Program-made: the position numbers and the translations under genes
Notes under the pieces: model-generated
What the model saw: only the letters and a program-made list of their open reading frames with translations
Databases searched by the model: none
Told to the model about the DNA's origin: nothing
Assembly (NCBI GenBank): GCA_963770895.1
Contig: CAVYRF010000001.1
Span: 256,001-320,000 of the forward strand
DNA length: 64,000 nucleotides
Direction of reading: 5' to 3'
Source: an uncultured Acidobacteriota bacterium
Lineage (GTDB): Bacteria > Acidobacteriota > Thermoanaerobaculia > Multivoradales > UBA5704
Shown: positions 60,263 through 64,000 of the stretch, in pieces
How positions within the stretch are numbered: position 1 is the first letter of the stretch
Layout of the letters: each line of letters opens with the position of its first letter

Positions 60263-61723
60263 TCAGGGAACTTTTTTTCGCAGGCTGACGGCGAGCGGGT
60301 CGAAGTCCGCCGCCGGGATCGTCTCGTAGGCGCCCAGGCGCTTGCTGAGATCGGCACCGAAGGCGGCGGCGTTGCCGACCAGCACGATCACACAGCTGTC
60401 CGGATGGATGCGCCCGCCGGCAAAGCGCTGGATCTCGGCGGCCGAAACCGCGCCGATGCGGTCGCGGTAGCCGTCCAGGAAGTCGCGGCCGCGGCCGTGC
60501 GCCAGGGCGCTGACGATCCGCCGCGTGACCCCGGGCGCGGTTTCGATCTCGAGCGGAAAGGAGCCGTTCAAGTAGGTCTTGGCTTCGTTCAGCTCCGCCG
60601 CCGGCACCGGCTCCTTGGCCATGCCGGCGATCACCTCCAGGGTGAGCTCCAGCGCGTCGACCGTGGACGCCGTCTTGGTCGAGGTGAAGGCGGTGAAGCT
60701 GCCGCTGTAGAGGTTTTCGGCGAAGCTGCTGTAGGCGCCGTAGGCCAGCCCGCGCTTGCGGCGGATCTCCTGGAAGAGGCGGAACGAGCTGCCGCCGCCC
60801 AGGACGGTGGCATAGAGGCGGCCGACGAACAGGTCCGGGTCGCCGTAGGCGTAGGCGGCCTGGCCGACGCGGATCTCCGTCTGCACCGCGTCGGGCTTGT
60901 CGACGACCACGATGCGCCGGTGGGCGTAGGCCGGCAGGTTGAGCGCCGGCGGCTGCGGCGCCGCGCCGCGCGCCCAGCCGCCCAGGGTGTGGTCGATAGC
61001 GGCCAGCGCCGCCGCCGGTTGAAAGTCGCCGGCCACCGCCAGGATGGCGCCGTTGGGCAGGTAGTGCGCGCGCTGGAACGCCACCAGGTCGTCGCGGGTC
61101 AGCGCCGCGACCGATTCCGTGGTGCCGCCGAGCGGCGCCCCGTACGGATAGGCGCCGAAGATCGCCCGCTGGAACGCGGTATCGGCGATCCAGCGGGCGC
61201 TCGACTTGCTGATCGCAAGGTTGCTGGTCGCCTGGTGGCGCCAGCGCTCCACCTCGTCGGCGGGGAAGGTCGGATGGAGCACCACGTCGGACACCAGGTC
61301 CAGCGCCAGGGGGAGCTGGTCGGAGGTGAAGGTGGCCGTCACCAGGGTGAAGTCGGCGGTCGCGGAGGCTTCCAGCTGGCCGCCCACGTCGTCGGCGGCG
61401 GCGGCGATCTGCTGCGCCGAGCGGCTGGCCGTGCCCTTGGTGAGCAGGTCGGCCGCGGCGCTGGCCAGGCCGGCCTTGGCCGCCGGCTCGAACAGCGCTC
61501 CAGCCGGCAGCAGCAGCTCGACCGTCACCGCGGGCTCGGTGTGCCGTTCCACGGTCACCACCCGCAGGCCGTTGGCCAGGGTACGTTCGGCGAAGGCGGG
61601 GAAGCGCAGCTCCTGCATCGGCTGCGGCGGCGGCGGGGTCGCCGGCACGGCCGGCGAGGGTCCGGCCGCGGCCGCCGCCAGCAGCGCCGCCAGCAGCAGC
61701 GGGCGAGTCACGGTCTGGCTCAT
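60263..61723 (-). CDS. M16B peptidase non-catalytic subunit
   Basis: TLANGLRV, LLTKGT (HxxEH absent), RLFQEIRRKRGLAYG R/Y motif; signal peptide. Confidence 0.9.
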   Translation of the reverse strand: MSQTVTRPLLLAALLAAAAAGPSPAVPATPPPPQPMQELRFPAFAERTLANGLRVVTVERHTEPAVTVELLLPAGALFEPAAKAGLASAAADLLTKGTASRSAQQIAAAADDVGGQLEASATADFTLVTATFTSDQLPLALDLVSDVVLHPTFPADEVERWRHQATSNLAISKSSARWIADTAFQRAIFGAYPYGAPLGGTTESVAALTRDDLVAFQRAHYLPNGAILAVAGDFQPAAALAAIDHTLGGWARGAAPQPPALNLPAYAHRRIVVVDKPDAVQTEIRVGQAAYAYGDPDLFVGRLYATVLGGGSSFRLFQEIRRKRGLAYGAYSSFAENLYSGSFTAFTSTKTASTVDALELTLEVIAGMAKEPVPAAELNEAKTYLNGSFPLEIETAPGVTRRIVSALAHGRGRDFLDGYRDRIGAVSAAEIQRFAGGRIHPDSCVIVLVGNAAAFGADLSKRLGAYETIPAADFDPLAVSLRKKVP

Positions 61724-63231
61724 GGGTGGGCTCCCCCATCCTTGGCGTCGCCGGCGGCGCCCGGTGGTCGCATGGCTTCGGGCAGCATCAGGACGGTGGT
61801 GCAGTTCTGCGGCATGAAATAGGTCCTGGCCACGCGCTGGACGTCGGCGGCGGTGACCTGCTCGTAGCGCTGCAGATCGTGATTGACCCGCGACAGGTCG
61901 CCCAGGATGACGCTGGCGTAGCCGATGGCGTCGGCCTTGTCCTGCGATCGTTCGCGGCCGAAGACGCGCCCCGCCACCACCTGGTTGCGCGCCGTTTCCA
62001 GCTCCGCCGCGCTGACCGGTTGGGCGACCAGGCGGTCGATCTCCTCTTGCAGCGCCCCGACGCCCGCCTCCGGCTTCTGGTTCTGCTGCAGGATGGCGTA
62101 AAAGAAGAACAGGCCGGGGTCTTCCAGGGTGACCGGCTGGCCCGCGGCGTCCACCGCGATCTGCCGCTCGTAGACCAGCTTGCGGTAGATGCGCGAGCTC
62201 TCACCCCCCGAAAGGATGTGGCTGGCGATCTCCAACGCGTAGACGTCGGCGCTGCGCGCCGCGGGTCCGTGGTATGCCAGGATCACCGCCGGCAGCGGCG
62301 CCGTGCTGTCGTAGACCACGGTGCGCCGCGGCGCGGTCTGCGCCGGTTCGGGCGGCGCCGCGCGATCGATGGGCGCTCCCTGCGGGATGGGGCCGAAGTA
62401 CGCTTCGACCTGGTGCAGGGCGCGGGCGGGGTCGAAGTCGCCGGCGATCACCAGGGTCGCGTTGTTGGGCACGTAATAGGTGCGGTAGAAGTCGCGCACG
62501 TCGCCGATGGTGGCGGCATCCAGGTCCACCATGCTGCCGATCGGCAGGCTGTGGTAGGGATGGGTCGTGTAGGCGTTGCCGAAGACGATTTCCGCCAGGT
62601 GGCCGAAGGGGCGGTTGTCGGTGTTCTGGCGGCGCTCTTCCTTGACCACCTCGCGCTCGGAGCGGAAGTTGTCTTCGGAGACGTCGAGCGTCTGCATGCG
62701 GTCGGCTTCCATCCACAGGATGCGGTCCAGGTAGTTGCTGGGGATGGTTTCGAAGTACAGCGTCCGGTCCCAGTCGGTGGTGGCGTTGTCGCGCCCGCCG
62801 ATCGATTCGATGAAGTGGCTGTGCTCTTCGGCGCCGATGTGGGCGGAGCCCTTGAACATCAGGTGCTCGAACAGGTGGGCAAAGCCGGTGCGCCCGCGGC
62901 GCTCGTTCTTGCTGCCGACGTGATACCAGACCTCGACGGTCGCCACCGGCACCGAGTGGTCTTCGAGCAGCAGCACCTGCAGGCCGTTGGGCAGCTGGTG
63001 CTGCTGTACGTCGAGCGCCGGCGGCGTCACCTGGATGGGCAGCGCCAGGGCCGGGGCCGCTGCCACCCCCGCGACGATCGCCGCCAGCGCCGCCAGCGCC
63101 GCCAGCGCGATCAGTGCGGTCAGCCTGGCCACCGTCGCCGGCCTCGCGAGGTGGGCGATTGCCGGGATTGCCGCGGCGGCCCGCGGCCGGCCCGGGGGCC
63201 GCTGGGGAGCAGGGTTTGAGGAGCTTTGCAT
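61720..63231 (-). CDS. M16B zinc peptidase catalytic subunit
   Basis: LPNGL, VGSKNE, GFAHLFEHLMFKGS, EREVVKEERR, YYVPNNA. Confidence 0.93.
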   Translation of the reverse strand: MQSSSNPAPQRPPGRPRAAAAIPAIAHLARPATVARLTALIALAALAALAAIVAGVAAAPALALPIQVTPPALDVQQHQLPNGLQVLLLEDHSVPVATVEVWYHVGSKNERRGRTGFAHLFEHLMFKGSAHIGAEEHSHFIESIGGRDNATTDWDRTLYFETIPSNYLDRILWMEADRMQTLDVSEDNFRSEREVVKEERRQNTDNRPFGHLAEIVFGNAYTTHPYHSLPIGSMVDLDAATIGDVRDFYRTYYVPNNATLVIAGDFDPARALHQVEAYFGPIPQGAPIDRAAPPEPAQTAPRRTVVYDSTAPLPAVILAYHGPAARSADVYALEIASHILSGGESSRIYRKLVYERQIAVDAAGQPVTLEDPGLFFFYAILQQNQKPEAGVGALQEEIDRLVAQPVSAAELETARNQVVAGRVFGRERSQDKADAIGYASVILGDLSRVNHDLQRYEQVTAADVQRVARTYFMPQNCTTVLMLPEAMRPPGAAGDAKDGGAHP

Positions 63232-63389
63232 CCGATCGCCTCCAGGTCGCGCCGACGGCCGCCGGCAGCCAGACAACGCCCGCGCAGGTGCTGCCGGCGG
63301 CAGCGGCGCAAGCCTACCATGCGCTACCGCGCGGCCGGGGCGCGAAGGGGGGTTGGCGCGGCCGGCGCCGGCGCGGTAGGGTACGCGCC

Positions 63390-64000
63390 ATGAAAGAGCC
63401 AATTCCCCTTCGCACCGTTGCTGCCGCCCCCTGGGTGTTCACCGTCCTCTGGTCTGCCGCCGTGTGCGGGTGTGTGCTGTTGAGCGCCGCGCCCGCTGCC
63501 GCGGCGCCGCCGGCGGCCGGCACCTCCTCCTCGGCCTCCGCGACCGGCATGGCGGCGGCTTCCTCCGGCGCCGAGCCGGCGGCGATCGCGGCGCCCGCCG
63601 ACGTCGCGGCGCCGCCGGCCGACGCCACGGTGACCGCCTCGGGTCTCGCCAGCAAGGTGCTGCAGCCCGGCACCGGCACCGTGCACCCGCTGCCCACCGA
63701 CAAGGTGAAGGTGCACTACACCGGCTGGACCACCGACGGCAAGATGTTCGACTCGTCGGTCCAGCGCGGCCGGCCGGCGGTGTTCCAGCTCGACCAGGTG
63801 ATCTCGGGTTGGACCGAGGGCGTGCAGCTGATGGTCGAGGGCGAAAAGCGGCGCCTGTGGATCCCGGCCAAGCTGGCCTACGCCGGTCGCGCCGACCGGC
63901 CGCAGGGGATGCTGGTGTTCGACGTCGAGCTGCTCGACGTCCTGCACCTGCCCGACGTGCCTGCCGACGTCGCCGCGCCGCCGGCCGACGCCCAGAAGTC
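63390..64000 (+). CDS. FKBP-type peptidyl-prolyl isomerase, probably tandem FKBP domains (partial; not in ORF track)
   Basis: PADVAAPPADA, TASGLASKVL, VKVHYTGWTTDGKMFDSS, VISGWTEGVQLM, LVFDVELL, then a second PADVAAPPADA. Confidence 0.92.
   Translation, partial: MKEPIPLRTVAAAPWVFTVLWSAAVCGCVLLSAAPAAAAPPAAGTSSSASATGMAAASSGAEPAAIAAPADVAAPPADATVTASGLASKVLQPGTGTVHPLPTDKVKVHYTGWTTDGKMFDSSVQRGRPAVFQLDQVISGWTEGVQLMVEGEKRRLWIPAKLAYAGRADRPQGMLVFDVELLDVLHLPDVPADVAAPPADAQK

Overview
High-GC bacterial chromosomal window. Gene content and style suggest Acidobacteriota, possibly Thermoanaerobaculia (inference only). It is mostly housekeeping and accessory metabolism, and I recognised no rRNA, tRNA, CRISPR or intact transposase. 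Main blocks: a tightly coupled arginine operon (argR-argG-X-argC-argD-argF'-argB-argE-argH) preceded by an ARG box and a 67-bp tandem array; carbamate kinase; copCD; an ECF sigma/anti-sigma pair; Ku; a small toxin-antitoxin patch; an hcrCAB-like molybdo-flavoenzyme; MprF; an NYN-LOTUS protein; PilT; a NitT/TauT ABC pair; an M16 peptidase pair; an FKBP. Two observations stand out. (1) The arg operon has no argA/argJ but embeds a DUF1611-like P-loop protein, and its transcarbamylase has Ala at the residue that decides acetyl versus succinyl specificity. This suggests an N-succinyl (or other N-acyl) arginine pathway started by an uncharacterised enzyme. (2) Three Cys-rich RiPP-precursor-like peptides share an LxLxRETLxxL...AG leader, one is missing from the ORF track, and they sit at two loci about 55 kb apart with no modifying enzyme in the window, suggesting a dispersed trans-modified peptide library. 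All family assignments are from motif recognition by eye, not database searches.
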